Source: the human T2T-CHM13v2.0 reference genome, Homo sapiens. Taken from it: 64,000 nt of DNA. The stretch lies in the NCBI RefSeq assembly GCF_009914755.1, contig NC_060946.1. The stretch is one strand, 5' to 3'. The notes beneath the pieces are model-generated. The model was not told where the DNA came from. It did no database searches and saw only the letters and a program-made list of their open reading frames with translations. Every line of letters begins with the position of its first letter. Position 1 is the stretch's first letter. A program made the translations under genes and the position numbers. Below are positions 1 to 12,881 of this stretch, one piece after another.

Positions 1-208
<208 letters not shown>

Positions 209-227
209 CCAGCAAAAACCAAACAAA

Positions 228-428
228 ACATAATGCATGTTCTCTCTTATAAATGGGAGCTAAACATGGGGACTCATTGACTTAAAGATGGCAACAACTG
301 GGAACTGCTGGATGGGGAGGGAGGGGAGGGGTGAAAGGCCAACTGTTGGGGAGTATGCTCATATCCACGTGACAAACCTGCACATGTGCCCGCTGAATCT
401 AAAATAAAAGTTGAAAGTAGATTTAAAA
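228..428 (+). mobile_element. Old L1 3' end fragment (L1PB/L1MA-like)
   Basis: gcatgttctctcttataaatgggagctaaac ... acaaacctgcacatgtgcccgctgaatctaaaataaaagtt resembles the L1 3' UTR. Confidence 0.8.
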
Positions 429-681
429 AACCCCAAGAGGGCTGGGTTTGGCTTGTGTGTCCATAGCTTGTTAACCTCCGCTTTAGATATTAACTAATAG
501 AAACATAGTGCTTATCTTCCCAGGCCACCTATTTTGTTCCTCTCCAAGGTGATGGATAGATGAAGGCCTAATCCAGCCGCCTGGAAGTTTGCTGACGCTT
601 GTCCTGTCACGGATTAATGAAGCATTGTTTTCTGATGAAGGTTTCATGCCGCTGTGCTGATGTGTCTTCTCTTCTCTCTAG

Positions 682-727
682 GCAGGAAACTGCATATCTT
701 CTGGTTTACATGAAGATGGAGTGCTAA
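682..727 (+). CDS. USP18: Terminal coding exon of USP18 (or of a duplicated USP18 last-exon copy): (W)QETAYLLVYMKMEC*
   Basis: Pyrimidine tract plus AG at 680-681, then g CAG GAA ACT GCA TAT CTT CTG GTT TAC ATG AAG ATG GAG TGC TAA, matching the USP18 C-terminus as I remember it. Upstream exons are outside the window, so gene versus LCR22 duplicate is unresolved. Confidence 0.85.
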
Positions 728-1307
728 TGGAAATGCCCAAAACCTTCAGAGATTGACACGCTGTCATTTTCCATTTCCGTTCCTGGATCTACGGAGTCTT
801 CTAAGAGATTTTGCAATGAGGAGAAGCATTGTTTTCAAACTATATAACTGAGCCTTATTTATAATTAGGGATATTATCAAAATATGTAACCATGAGGCCC
901 CTCAGGTCCTGATCAGTCAGAATGGATGCTTTCACCAGCAGACCCGGCCATGTGGCTGCTCGGTCCTGGGTGCTCGCTGCTGTGCAAGACATTAGCCCTT
1001 TAGTTATGAGCCTGTGGGAACTTCAGGGGTTCCCAGTGGGGAGAGCAGTGGCAGTGGGAGGCATCTGGGGGCCAAAGGTCAGTGGCAGGGGGTATTTCAG
1101 TATTATACAACTGCTGTGACCAGACTTGTATACTGGCTGAATATCAGTGCTGTTTGTAATTTTTCACTTTGAGAACCAACATTAATTCCATATGAATCAA
1201 GTGTTTTGTAACTGCTATTCATTTATTCAGCAAATATTTATTGATCATCTCTTCTCCATAAGATAGTGTGATAAACACAGTCATGAATAAAGTTATTTTC
1301 CACAAAA
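728..1307 (+). other. USP18: USP18-type 3' UTR
   Basis: Follows the stop at 725-727 and ends just after AATAAA at 1286-1291. Confidence 0.75.
1286..1291 (+). terminator. Polyadenylation signal AATAAA
   Basis: Canonical hexamer followed ~12 nt later by CA and a T-rich tract. Confidence 0.75.
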
Positions 1308-2087
1308 GGACTTTGCAGTTTTAACGGGGGGCAGTAGGGATTGTGCTATAGAAATTCAAAGGCAAGGGAAGTCACTTCTGTTGTGGGGCCCTGGGAGGAG
1401 CCTCCAGGCTGGAAAGGGTTAAGGTGGAGGTCTCCGATAGGGGCAGCGTACACAGTGGACTGGCTGCAAAAGGCCGTGCTCAGCATTCAGACAGCATCAC
1501 ACACTCCGCTTTTCTCTACCAGGGAGGCAGGTGGGGAAGGATAGCGATGGGAAGGCAGGCGGAGCTCAGAATGTGGAAGGGGATCCAGTAAGACTTGGAA
1601 GTTTGCACCTGATCTGGTGGGTGGTGAGGGGCCCTTGAAGGGGCAAGGAGGCGAGGAGCACTCAGCTGTGTTCTTACACTGATCTGCCACTGGGGTTAGA
1701 GACAAACGTGGTGGGAATGGAAAGCCACGCACAGTCACTAGCGCCTCTAGGGGGAGAATGGATGTGGCTGGTGAGAGAACAGGGGGGCCCAGGGAGAGTC
1801 CGGCACCAACCTGGGTGGGGGAGCCCAGTGGGTGTGAGCACCCCCACTTTAGAGATGAAGTGATGGAGACATTCAGATGTTTAACCCCTTGTTCAAGATT
1901 CCATACTTGATAAATGGCAGATCAAACTCCCAACATAAAATGTGGGTCATTTCTTTATTATTTTATTTGTATTGGTTAACAATGATCAGCCATGCAAGAA
2001 TAAATGATTATTGTAAAATCTGCAAACAATGTAGATATGTAGAGAGTCCCTTCCTTGGAGCTTGACCTTGTCAGACAGGTATAGATG

Positions 2088-2300
2088 AGTGTTCCGGGGC
2101 AGCCGTAAAAACTGCCAGAGACTGGGCTGCTTATAACAGAAACGCATGGTCTCCCAGAAGCCCACATTCAAGGTGTCCAAAGGCCTGGCTCCTGGAGGCT
2201 CTGGAGGAGAGCCTGTTCCCTGTCTCTCAGCTTCTGCCGGTTGCCAGCAAGTGTTGCCGTTCATTCACTCCAGCCACTGCCTCCATCTGCACACAGCAAA
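2088..2300 (-). mobile_element. MLT1-type MaLR LTR fragment
   Basis: ggctgcttataacagaaa ... ggaggctctggaggagagcctgttccctgtctctcagcttctg resembles antisense MLT1. Confidence 0.65.
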
Positions 2301-3721
2301 ACAGCGTATCCTGAAGTGCTCAACCTTATAGCCATTATTTTAAAATATCCGGAACACACAGGACCGTGGGAGTGGCTGTTGGAGAAATTTTCATGAAGGA
2401 AGAAAGATTACAACTAAGTTTTAAAATGCTAATTTTGTTTGTTTTGTCTTGGAGAGGAGGTCAAAGTGGGAGTAAAAATAGGGAGTTTGGTGTAAGGTGG
2501 GAAAAGCAAAGGAACCCCGCATGGATGGGCTGAAGGGTGTGATGGGAGAACAGTGAGAAGTACGTTTGGGGAAGCAATTGGAAATAGTAGCTAAGCTTAA
2601 TCACAATCTATCAAAAGGGACTTGTTGAAGAATTAATGTGTGACTAGGAACAGGGAGGTTATGGGCTTGTCAGCTCGACAGTGGGCACTCAGTTCCACTA
2701 ACGAATGATGCCCGTGTGGACAGACAGAATGATGGACAGGCAGATGAATGCGTGGGCTTTATGTGAAAAAGGTCCTCTTGGTTGTTGACAAGATACTGTT
2801 TTAAAGTTCCATTTTGCCATACTTCGAACAGCTTGTCATTAGCTCAATTTAGCCACATGTGAAATCACTAAGGCGGACGGACTTCCAGAGTTCCCACATG
2901 AAAATCAAATGTAAACCAGCAGTGACCTGCTTCAACACCATCATCGGAAGTCAGAAGTTGAACTCTTTTTTGATGTTTAAAGCCTGCATAATATTCGCTG
3001 TATTATTATTCAGCATATTACTATTTCCTTCGTGATGGAAATTTGGTTTATCCCAATTTTCTGTTCTATCAAAACACCGCTACATAGAAAATCCCCATGC
3101 ACATATTTCTCCTAATTGTGGAAATATTTTACATAAAAGACTCTTGACATGGGATGAAATTCCCAGGTTATTGGAATTTTAATATAGATAGGTACTTCCA
3201 AATTGACCTCTTACAAATTATATGAATTCGTAAGCTTCCAACTGTTATGGAGTTACCCATTTTGAGAAATCTGTGCTAAAAGGACCCAAACAATGCTGAT
3301 GACAATGATCAGGATAATAAGTACGCTGGGAAGACAACAAAATGATTTAGATCTTAGACAAGTCATTCTAGGTGTCTCCACTGTTTCAGTTCTTGCGTTC
3401 GTTCATTCTTGTGCTTTTTCATTTTACCAAATAAAATAGCTCCTTGATGTCATATGAATCCACGCTATGCTTAATGAGTATTGGTTAGTAAAATGCCTAT
3501 AACTAGTAATCTTCATCTATGCAATTAAATATTCATTCATAAAACACTTCAAATGTAAACAATAATTAGTAAAAGAAAAGTACATAATACCTCAATTAGA
3601 AAAAAATCACTCCATTAAAAAGACATTATTTGTGTGATAAAAGAGATTGCCATTTTTGTATTTTTCTACAAGGTTAAAGAAAACTAAGTCAACTTATACA
3701 AGTGAATTTTAAAAGACTTTA

Positions 3722-4040
<319 letters not shown>

Positions 4041-5434
4041 AGCCTTTAACCCAGAATGCTGAGTAAATTGGCCAAAAATGCTAACCTATGCATTTCAATA
4101 TTATAGGAGTTGCATGGGTAGAAATAACCAGATGAAATACTTCTGGTATTTCACCTTCCCAACCCACACGAGCCAGTGTTTTTCTGTGAATAACAAAAAC
4201 AGCAGAATTTACTTGCCTCTCCATAAGAGGTTACCACTTCTGTGTGTTCCCCCGAAACAGGTGGTGGCTGGGTGAGAAGGTGGACAGCACTAGGGCAGGA
4301 GATGGGGGCTCCAGTATCGTGGGTGAGCTTCCTAAACCTCTGCAACTTTCAGCCCCTAAATGGGATGAGCCATCAGAATTTTTAGCACAATGCCCAGAAC
4401 AAAGTAAGGATTTGACAAATGACGCCTCTCTCCACATTGTTCTGTCATCAGCCACCGCATCCTGTACCTCCAAGCCCACTGGGCTCCGGCTGTTTCCATC
4501 ACATGGAGAATGACTCAGAGCCTGGCCTCCAGCCACCCTCCTGGCCTTTCTTCTTCTCACTCTGCCACTGGCTCCTCATGGACCACCAGCCTGGGTGTCC
4601 TCAGACATACCACACACTTCACTGTGGGAGTCACGCAGCCCTCACTGCTCCTTCGCCAGGGAGCCACGGGGCTTTCCTCCTCAGGAGGACTCTGCAAGCA
4701 GCTGGATGAAGGGCCCTCCCGTCTCTCATCCTTCCTTAATTTTTGTCACAGTTCTCCTTCCTTCCACTCAGTGCAGCGCACACTGATTGATCCTCCATCT
4801 TCCCCAAAAGACAGGAACAGCATGAGCAGTGGAGAGTAGATTCCAATGATAGAAAAAATAGTCAGTGATTTCTCATTTCCATTGATCATCAATGAAGAAA
4901 ATGTATCCTGAAGGTCATGTACCTCCTATGGGACTGCTGCATCCTCAGCCTCCTGAATTTCAGCCCAGCACCTTCCTCCCCAGCACAGCAACAGGTCAGC
5001 CCTTACCAGCATCCCTCTCTTATTGCCTTTGTGCAGAGCCAGCACCAGGGCCAGGGGAGGCCTTGGGATTGTCCCTCCCCAACAATCTGTGAAACAATCC
5101 TTTATGTCACCAACAAAGCACAGCCTTCTGCACTGGTGGTCAGTCCCTCTCAACACCTCTGTCACTGTAAAGCTGGCAGGCAACCCTCCAAGGTTGGCCT
5201 TCCCAAGCACTGCACCTCTAGGTGACAGAGCACGTCCTTACCTTGAAGCCTGGGCGCCCAGTCTATCCTGTCCAATGAGCGAGCTGTGGAGAAGGGGGGA
5301 TTCCGGGTTAAGGGGAGACTAGCAGGGCTCCTGCTTTTATGTTGCCCTGTTGGGAAGGCTATTAAAGAAACACAAAGTGCTAAGCAGTGAGGATAGAACA
5401 TGTTTTCATTATTTCAACCAATACATTCCACAGA

Positions 5435-5835
5435 TGGAATAATAAGAAATGCTACAACCAAGCTAACTGAATCCAACAGCATATCAAAAAGATAATCCAC
5501 CATGATTCAAGTGGGTTTCATACTAGGGATGCAGGGATGGTTTAACATACGCAAGTCAATAAATGTGATACATCACATCAATAAAACTAAAAACAAAAAT
5601 CACATGATAATCTGAATAGATGCAGAAAAAGCCTTTGACAAAATCCAGCATTTCTTTATGATTAAAACCGTTCGTCAAAATCAGCATAGAACGGACATAC
5701 CTTAAGGTAATAAAAGCTATCTATGACAAACCCACAGCCAACATTTTCCTGAATGGGGGAGAGTTGAAAGCATTCCCCCTGAGGAAGGGAACAAGACAAA
5801 GATGCCCACGTTCACCGCTTCTCAACACAGTGCTG
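5435..5835 (+). mobile_element. L1 ORF2 (RT region) fragment
   Basis: gggatgcagggatggtttaacatacgcaagtcaataaatgtgata; gatgcagaaaaagcctttgacaaaatccagc. Confidence 0.9.
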
Positions 5836-7904
5836 TTCACTACAGCATTGGTTATAAGAGCAAGACTGGAAACAGAACAAACGGATACCCATAGCGGGGT
5901 GCTTAAGTAATTTTGGGAATAGTCATGGGGTGCAGTACTTTATAGCTCTGAAACAATACAATGGATTTACATTTGAAATGTGGAATGATAACTAAGGTGC
6001 ATTGCCCAGTGATATATGCAGAGGTGCAGAGGACTTTGTGTAAACACGATCACACATCAGCCTGCATTCCAGGTGCATGCTTCTATTTGCACATAGATTG
6101 CAGGGATGATATGCAAACAAAAATGTTGACTTGGTGTTTGGAAGTTCAGAGTGGAAGGGAAACTTCCTTGCTAACCTTTTATGATATTTAGAGTTTCTAA
6201 ATGTGAATACGTAATACATTTAGAAATCTTAGTTAATAAGAAAAGCCTCTGTTCCTGGCCTCTTGCTGGCACATGTCAGGTGGAAATGGGGCTGTCATGC
6301 TAATGTGTGCAAACTGAGAAAAATCCAAGAATGGGAGTCTGCTTTTTTCATCATACAAATAATTGTTAATAGAAACAGTATGATAATTGCTCATTGATAT
6401 ACCATGCATATTCTATTAGATAATAATAAATTTCTGAAATTTGAACTATACTTACACATGGAAATTGAAATATATGGATGAAACATTGTGGCTTATATAG
6501 GCAATTGTTTTATTGGCATTTTACAAACTGATCATCATTCCTCATGGCACGGGTCCATGTGATATTAAGTAGCTTGTTATGCTTGGGAAAGGCAGTGATG
6601 ACCACAAGAATGACTTCAACTACTAAAGTACAATGGAGATTTCAACAATGTTTTGTTTAATATTTAAATATTTCATTGTGCTCCCAGGCTTTTTCTCACC
6701 CTAATAGCTCTCATCCATATCATGTGGGTCCCATTAATACAGATACTTCCGAATGCACCACTCTTCCATTATATCCAGTCAATTGCTGGTTACCTTGGGC
6801 CTACCAACTGGGGGAGGGCAGGGGCTGCTGGCCACCTCCTCATCTACAGTAAGAGTCAATGAGCAGTTAAATGGATACTGAAAACCATTTATCCTGCTGG
6901 AGTGAGAAATAAATGGTTTCTTTCAATAGCGTAGTAAAATGCATCTTTTCCAAACTATTTATATGACTCAAGGCCCATCTCAATTTCAGATGTGGTTAGC
7001 CTCAATTCCTGATTCTCACCAAGGTGTGTAATGTCATCCACGGCCCAGTGCAGAGGAACACAGGTGCTGCCGTCAGACTGCCAGGGTCCGATCCCGCCTC
7101 CTCACTCACCCCGGGAGATCCCTTTAAGCCAGGAGTCAACAGTGAGGATGGAAACATGAGTGCTTTTTAAAGTCCTGAAAGTTCAGAGGCAGACTGTCAA
7201 TTTCTCCTCCACCCCTGGGCACACACCAGGAGAACTCTGTCTCCAGGTTGAAGGAAGTGCCTGTGAGAGAGTTGTGTCCCTCAGATTCTGTTCACCACAG
7301 GTGACACTCGATGCAACCCCAAACCTCTTCTGCACAATCCCAAGGGGTGCTGACTAATCCAACCCAAAGGCTGTGATGTTTGGCAGAGGCAGAAAAGAAA
7401 AGGCCAGGTGTTCTGGGAAAGACCACCTTTAAATATCACAGCACCCTCATAGCCCAGAGAGACAGTTCTAACTATTATGCCAATAAACCCGGAAAAGACC
7501 AAATCCAATATGACACATATTTCCTGTTTCCTTTTGATTTCATGCCCCCTCCCTTAACCTCCCAAGCAGCATGGATACCCCGAAGGCCCCTGGGAACTCT
7601 CTCCAATTGGATCTTACGTGGAAAGTAGTTACCTACCTACAAATCCCCATCATCAGATATGCTCTCCACAATCAAATCTTTAGAAACACAAACACCAGGA
7701 TAAGTCATTAGAGAGAGGCCCACCCACTCCTCCCACCCTAGCTGAAGCCATGGTGCTTCGCACAGGATCCCCTGGTGTTTCCTCTGGGCTCACAGATATC
7801 CCTACAGCCTCTCTGGACATTGTTTTATACTTGCAAAATCATTTGCTCTCACCAGACTCCAAATCCTCCTTCCCAAAAGGAGCCCAGAATCAGGTTTCTG
7901 TACC

Positions 7905-7976
7905 CTAGAGATGGCGTTTTTTCCTCAGGAAGTGAGTTATTTCAGGGTAGGTATCATTCTCCAGTGTCAATGGCTC
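7905..7976 (-). other. FAM230 downstream exon, coding-like part EPLTLENDTYPEITHFLRKKRHL*
   Basis: Acceptor ttttcttttctataattgcag; phase 0, matching the phase-0 donor of the array exon; TAG at 7905-7907. Confidence 0.7.
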
Positions 7977-8345
7977 CTGCAATTATAGAAAAGAAAACAT
8001 TAGGAGGGTGAAATGATGCCATACACGTCACACAGATCTGATAGTCTCTCGACAACTTGAGAGAGAAAATAAGAAGGGGTATAGTGATTGAGTCAAAGGT
8101 CAAAGTCCCCCAAAACTGGCACGGAAGACACCTGTGGAAAAGACAAGACCTTTTCCCACAGAATTTATCTTTAAAGTGTATCTAGATTGGCAGTTTCACA
8201 ACTCTTAATCCATGGGGGAAAACTGCTGTGGAGGGAAACACCTCTGCATTGCAGTGGATCGTGGATGCTGCCATCTACCACACCCCAGTGTGCCTGGCAT
8301 GGGTTGGTGAGAGGCTGCCAATCAATAGCACCACACCAAGGGAAT

Positions 8346-8456
8346 TGCAGATGTCATAAATAGTCCACATTGGCAGATGTTCATGTCTACATTTGATTAA
8401 ACTGCAGATGACATCGATAATGCACACTGGCAGATGTTCATGTCTACATCTGATTG
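8346..8456. repeat. Two-copy ~57-bp tandem duplication
   Basis: tggcagatgttcatgtctacat(t/c)tgatt occurs at ~8370 and ~8427. Confidence 0.85.
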
Positions 8457-8511
8457 GAAAGAAGCCAGGAAAGTAACATTTCTGTTCAAGACAAAGAAAA
8501 GTGTCTTACAT

Positions 8512-10625
8512 TGGCAGCATCTTCTTTTTTACAGATGTCTTGTACAGTGTCCTCATTAGCAATGTCATATACAGCGTCCTTATTAGCGAATTCGTATACA
8601 GCATCCTCATTAGCGATGCCATATACAGCGTCCTCATTAGCGATGTTGTATACAGCGTCCTCATTAGTGATGTCGTATAGAGCGTCCTCATTAGCGATGT
8701 CATATACAATGTCCTCATTAGCGATGTCATATACAGCAACCTCATTCGCTATGTCTTGTAAAGCATCCTCATTAGCGATGTCATATACAACGTCCTCATT
8801 AGCGATGTCGTATACAGCGTCCTCGTTAGTGATGTCTTGTACGGTGTCCTTATAAGCAATGTCGTCTACAGCGTCCTTGTTAGCATGCCTTGTGGGTGTC
8901 ATTAGCGATGTCATATAGAGCATCCTCATTGGTGATGTCTTATATGGTGTCCTCATTAGCGATGTTGTGTACAGCGTCCTCGTTAGCAATGCCTTGTACA
9001 GTGTCCTCGTTAGCAATGTCATATACAGTGTCCTCATTAGCGATGGCTTGTACACTGTCCTCATTAGCGATGTTGTGTACAGCATCCTTGTTAGCGTGCC
9101 TTGTACGGTGTCATTAGCGATGTCGTATACAGCGTCATAATTAGCGATGTCTTATAAGGTGTCATCATTAGTGATGTTGTGTACAGCGTCATCGTTAGCG
9201 ATGCCTTGTATGGTGTCCTCATTAGCGATGTCGTATACAGCGTGCTCACTAGCGATGTCTTTTTTTTATATATATACTTTAAGTTTTAGGGTACATGTGC
9301 ACATTGTGCAGGTTAGTTACATATGTATACATGTGCCACGCTGGTGCGCTGCACCCACTAACTCATCATCTAGCATTAGGTATATCTCCCGATGCTATCC
9401 CTCCCCCCTCCCCCCACCCCACAACAGTCCCCAGAATGTGATATTCCCCTTCCTGTGTCCATGTGATCTCATTGTTCAATTCCCACCTATGAGTGAGAAT
9501 ATGCGGTGTTTGGTTTTTTGTTCTTGCGATAGTTACTAGCGATGTCTTATACGGTGTCCTCATTAGCAATGTCGTGTACAGCGTCCACGTTAGCGTGCCT
9601 TGTCGGTATCATTAGCAATGTCGTATAAAGCGCCCTCATTGGTGATGTCTTGTACGGTGCCGTCATTAGCGATGTTGTGTACAGTGTCCTTGTTAGCGAC
9701 GGCTTGTATGGTGTCCTCGTTAGCGATGTCGTATACAGCGTCCTCATTACCGATGCCTTGTATGGTGTCCTCATTAGCGATGTCGTGTACAGCGTCCTCG
9801 TTAGCGTGCCTTGTACGGTGTCATTAGCGATGTCATATACGGCACCCTCATTAGCGATGTCGTATACGGAGTCCTCATTAGCGATGTCGTGTACAGTGTC
9901 CGCGTTAGCGTGCCTTGTCGGTATCATTAGCAATGTCGTATAAAGCGCCCTCATTGGTGATGTCTTGTACGGTGCCGTCATTAGCGATGTTGTGTACAGT
10001 GTCCTTGTTAGCGACGGCTTGTAGAGTGTCCTTGTTAGCGATGTCATATACAACATCCTCATTACCAATGCCTTGTATGGTGTCCTCATTAGCGATGTCG
10101 TGTACAGCGTCCTCGTTAGCGTGCCTTGTACGGTGTCATTAGCGATGTCATATATGGCATCCTCATTAGCGATGTCGTATACGGAGTCCTCATTAGCGAT
10201 GCCGTGCACGGCATCCTCGTTAGCAATGCCGTGGGCAGCGTCCTCGTTGGCGATGCCATGGGTGGCGTCCTCGTTGGCGATGCCGTGGACGGCGTCCTCG
10301 TTGGCGATGCCCTGGGCGGCGTCCTCCTTGGCGATCCCGTGGGCGGCGTCCTCCTTGGCGATGCCCTGGGCGGCGTCCTCGTTGGCGATGCCCTGGGCGG
10401 CGTCCTCGTTGGCGATGCCCTGGGCGGCGACCTCGTTGGCGATGCCCTGGGCGGCATCCTCGCTGGCGATTCCGTGGGCGGCGTCCTCGTTGGCGATGCC
10501 CTGGGCGGCGTCCTCGTTGGCGATGCCCTTGTCGGCGGCCTCGTTAGCGATGCCGTGGACAGTATCCTCGTTAGCGATGTCGTGTGTGGCGTCCTGGTTA
10601 GTGATGTCATGTACGGTGTCCTCAT
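8512..10625. repeat. 27-bp minisatellite (consensus tcctcattagcgatgtcgtatacagcg; minus-strand translation ANEDAVYDI)
   Basis: Directly visible period; 9-aa periodic translations in several frames; GC-rich variant block at 10215-10560. Confidence 0.98.
9262..9534 (-). mobile_element. 5'-truncated young L1 (L1PA2-like) inserted in the minisatellite
   Basis: L1 3' UTR antisense with T-tail; 14-bp TSD actagcgatgtctt at 9248-9261 and 9535-9548; GAG rather than ACA/ACG at the Ta-diagnostic site. Confidence 0.93.
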
Positions 10626-11877
10626 GGGGAGCTAGAAAAACACAGAGTTAAGGTCAGTGCCCTGGTGGTGGAGACTGTGAATCACCCAGGGGCTTGCTTG
10701 GTGTGATGCATGGAGGTGGCTGATCACAGCATGGGTCAAGCTGATGCTGGGACATCCTCCCAGGTGGACCTGCACTAGTGAAGCTAAGGGATGTGGCTCA
10801 GAACACTTTCTGCAGTGGGAATCAGTTTCCAGGTTCAGGTATGCATTATCTGGTGAAGTGGGGAAATATAAAAAATAAAAATTGACAAATTCATGAAAAG
10901 CCTTCCATGAGTGCAAGTGTGAGTTTTTTATCCACTTTACATTCAGTATGCATTCACACATACAAAATATTTTTACAAGAAATCAGAAATTTTAATTTTT
11001 GTCAGTTATGTGAAATCTAACTTAGCTGCCAGCATAAAGATTCTATCTCATTTACTTGGTCTCGAGAAAATCTAGCACATAGTAAGTAGACCAAAATGTT
11101 TATTAAATGAAAACACAGAGCAGAGATAGGGGGGCTGCTAGGCAGACTGGGTTGCACCTGATTACCTGGATGATAATAAACTGCACAAAACCTCGGTCAA
11201 ATTAATATTGAAACTGCCTTTTGCTTGGGCTCATTTCCCTTGCGGAAGAAGGATGACCAAGAAGATGAACAGGAAAGAAATGAGAAACAGAGGCCTTTGC
11301 TTAGTAGCTAAAGGCCACCTTCTGTAACATGAAATAGTCTACAAGTGGCCTTGAACTCTGCCGTGATTTAGTGACAGAGTTCCCTCATGTCTTCTACCCA
11401 GGTTGAAGTCCAGCAAAATTGCGACTGTCCTCTTTACAACTTGCGAGACCACACTGCTTCTGCATTTGCCTGTTGTATGTATGAGATTTACACTTGTTTT
11501 AGAGCAACATTTTGTTTCAGTTGGGCTGGTGGCCATACCCGGCACTAGCCGGTCAATAGTGAGATGGCTCCTCATGGAGGAGGCTTGGCTTGAGGCTGAG
11601 GGTCTTTAACCCACATATACAAGAGAGTTGCCACTAAGGGATGGAAGCCAGGCTAATAACCAAGTGCCACACAGAGTTCCTATCTGTCCCTCCTCACCAT
11701 TTTTGGCTGGCAGGATTTGAGCATTTTAGGGCTTGGGAAGATAGTATTACTAAATCTACTAAAGTACATCACCCATCCTTATAGACTTTGGCCAGTTGCT
11801 GAGCAAATTAACTTCACAACTGAAGTGGGCCACACTGGCCTTTGTGGTCCCCCACTCCTCTTAGAATTTGTGAGCGT

Positions 11878-12061
11878 GGGGCCTACTGGAGGGTGGGAGG
11901 TGGGAGGAGGGGGTGGATCAGGAAAAATAACTGATATTAGGCTCAATATATGGGTGATGCAATAATCTGTACAACAAACTCTCATGACACACATTTATAT
12001 ATGTAGCAAACCTGCACATCCTGCACATGTACCCCTGAACTGAAAAGTTAAATAAAAAAAA
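11878..12061 (+). mobile_element. L1PA 3' end fragment
   Basis: gggtgatgcaataatctgtacaacaaac ... aaacctgcacatcctgcacatgtacccctgaact plus A-tail. Confidence 0.9.
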
Positions 12062-12847
12062 GGGATCTGTGAGCTGAGCCAAACACCTGGGGATCTTTGT
12101 GCTTTTGACACACTGATGACTATGCCGGTCCGTGGGGAGATGAGCCTATAACTGCCCTGGGTTGTGTGACCACGGAGGCCACTTTATGATGATGGGCAGT
12201 GTCTGGGGCCTCTTGGGCTCGGTGCCTTAGGGTTTATACATGAATGCTGGACTCCCTGTGTGGTGGTGAACACCCCATGACTAAGTGCATGTCAGCGTCA
12301 GCACTGGCCCACACTCCTGGGTTCGTGTTTTCACTTTTTCATTCAGGAACTCGGGAGCTGGGGCCACTCCCTTGGCCCTTCAGGTTCTCCACCTGAGCAG
12401 TGGGGATAATAAGGCAGACCCGGGGATGGCTCTGGTGAGGGTGGAGGAGTCACTGTACAGAGAGAGTAGAGCGGGGGTGGATTTTATTGTTAGAAGTGGA
12501 CACTGGTGATTGGGTTGTATAAGTGGGAAATCTCTCCTGAGAAAACACACAGCCTCACCTGTACAGAAACACACACATTCACACCACACGATGCAGCCTC
12601 ACACAAGACACCACCAATCCTCAAGCACCCAACTCAGCACCACCCAAAAGGGAGCACAGCTGCTTCCTCAAAATTTGGCCATAATTTTTCCCTGGGGAAT
12701 TCAGGTTTTAAAAAAACACTTCCCCTATACTTATTCCTATCACAATCCCAGGATCAGGGAGGCTCTTCACATTGAAACCAGGCAAGGATGCCACACCTTT
12801 CTTGGCATCCAGATTGTTTTCTTGGCAAGTGATTCCAGAATACTTAC

Positions 12848-12881
12848 TAGATTCAAGCCTCAGAGGGGCCACCTGCACCAC
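12848..12881 (-). other. FAM230 exon (34 nt, phase 0 to 1): VVQVAPLRLES
   Basis: tttgtttctgtattgcag acceptor, gtaagt donor. Confidence 0.75.

Larger units (their letters stand above)
8510..10631 (-). other. FAM230 giant exon (2122 nt) consisting of the minisatellite
   Basis: Acceptor tctgtgtttttctag (AG at 10633-10632) and donor AAT|gtaaga (GT at 8509-8508) bracket the array. Confidence 0.75.

Noticed and set aside
1950-2330. Possible minus-strand terminal FAM230 exon with AATAAA at ~1954-1959
   Set aside because: The hexamer is common in AT-rich DNA and I could not link it by splicing to the gene
8512-10625. CRISPR-like periodicity
   Set aside because: Contiguous units with no unique spacers, no cas genes, human context
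8454-10651. Plus-strand repetitive ORFs (SSLAMSYTA / GVLVGDALG) and the minus-strand RTPPRASPT ORF
   Set aside because: By-products of a stop-poor 27-bp unit; only the ANEDA frame is supported by splice phases at both ends
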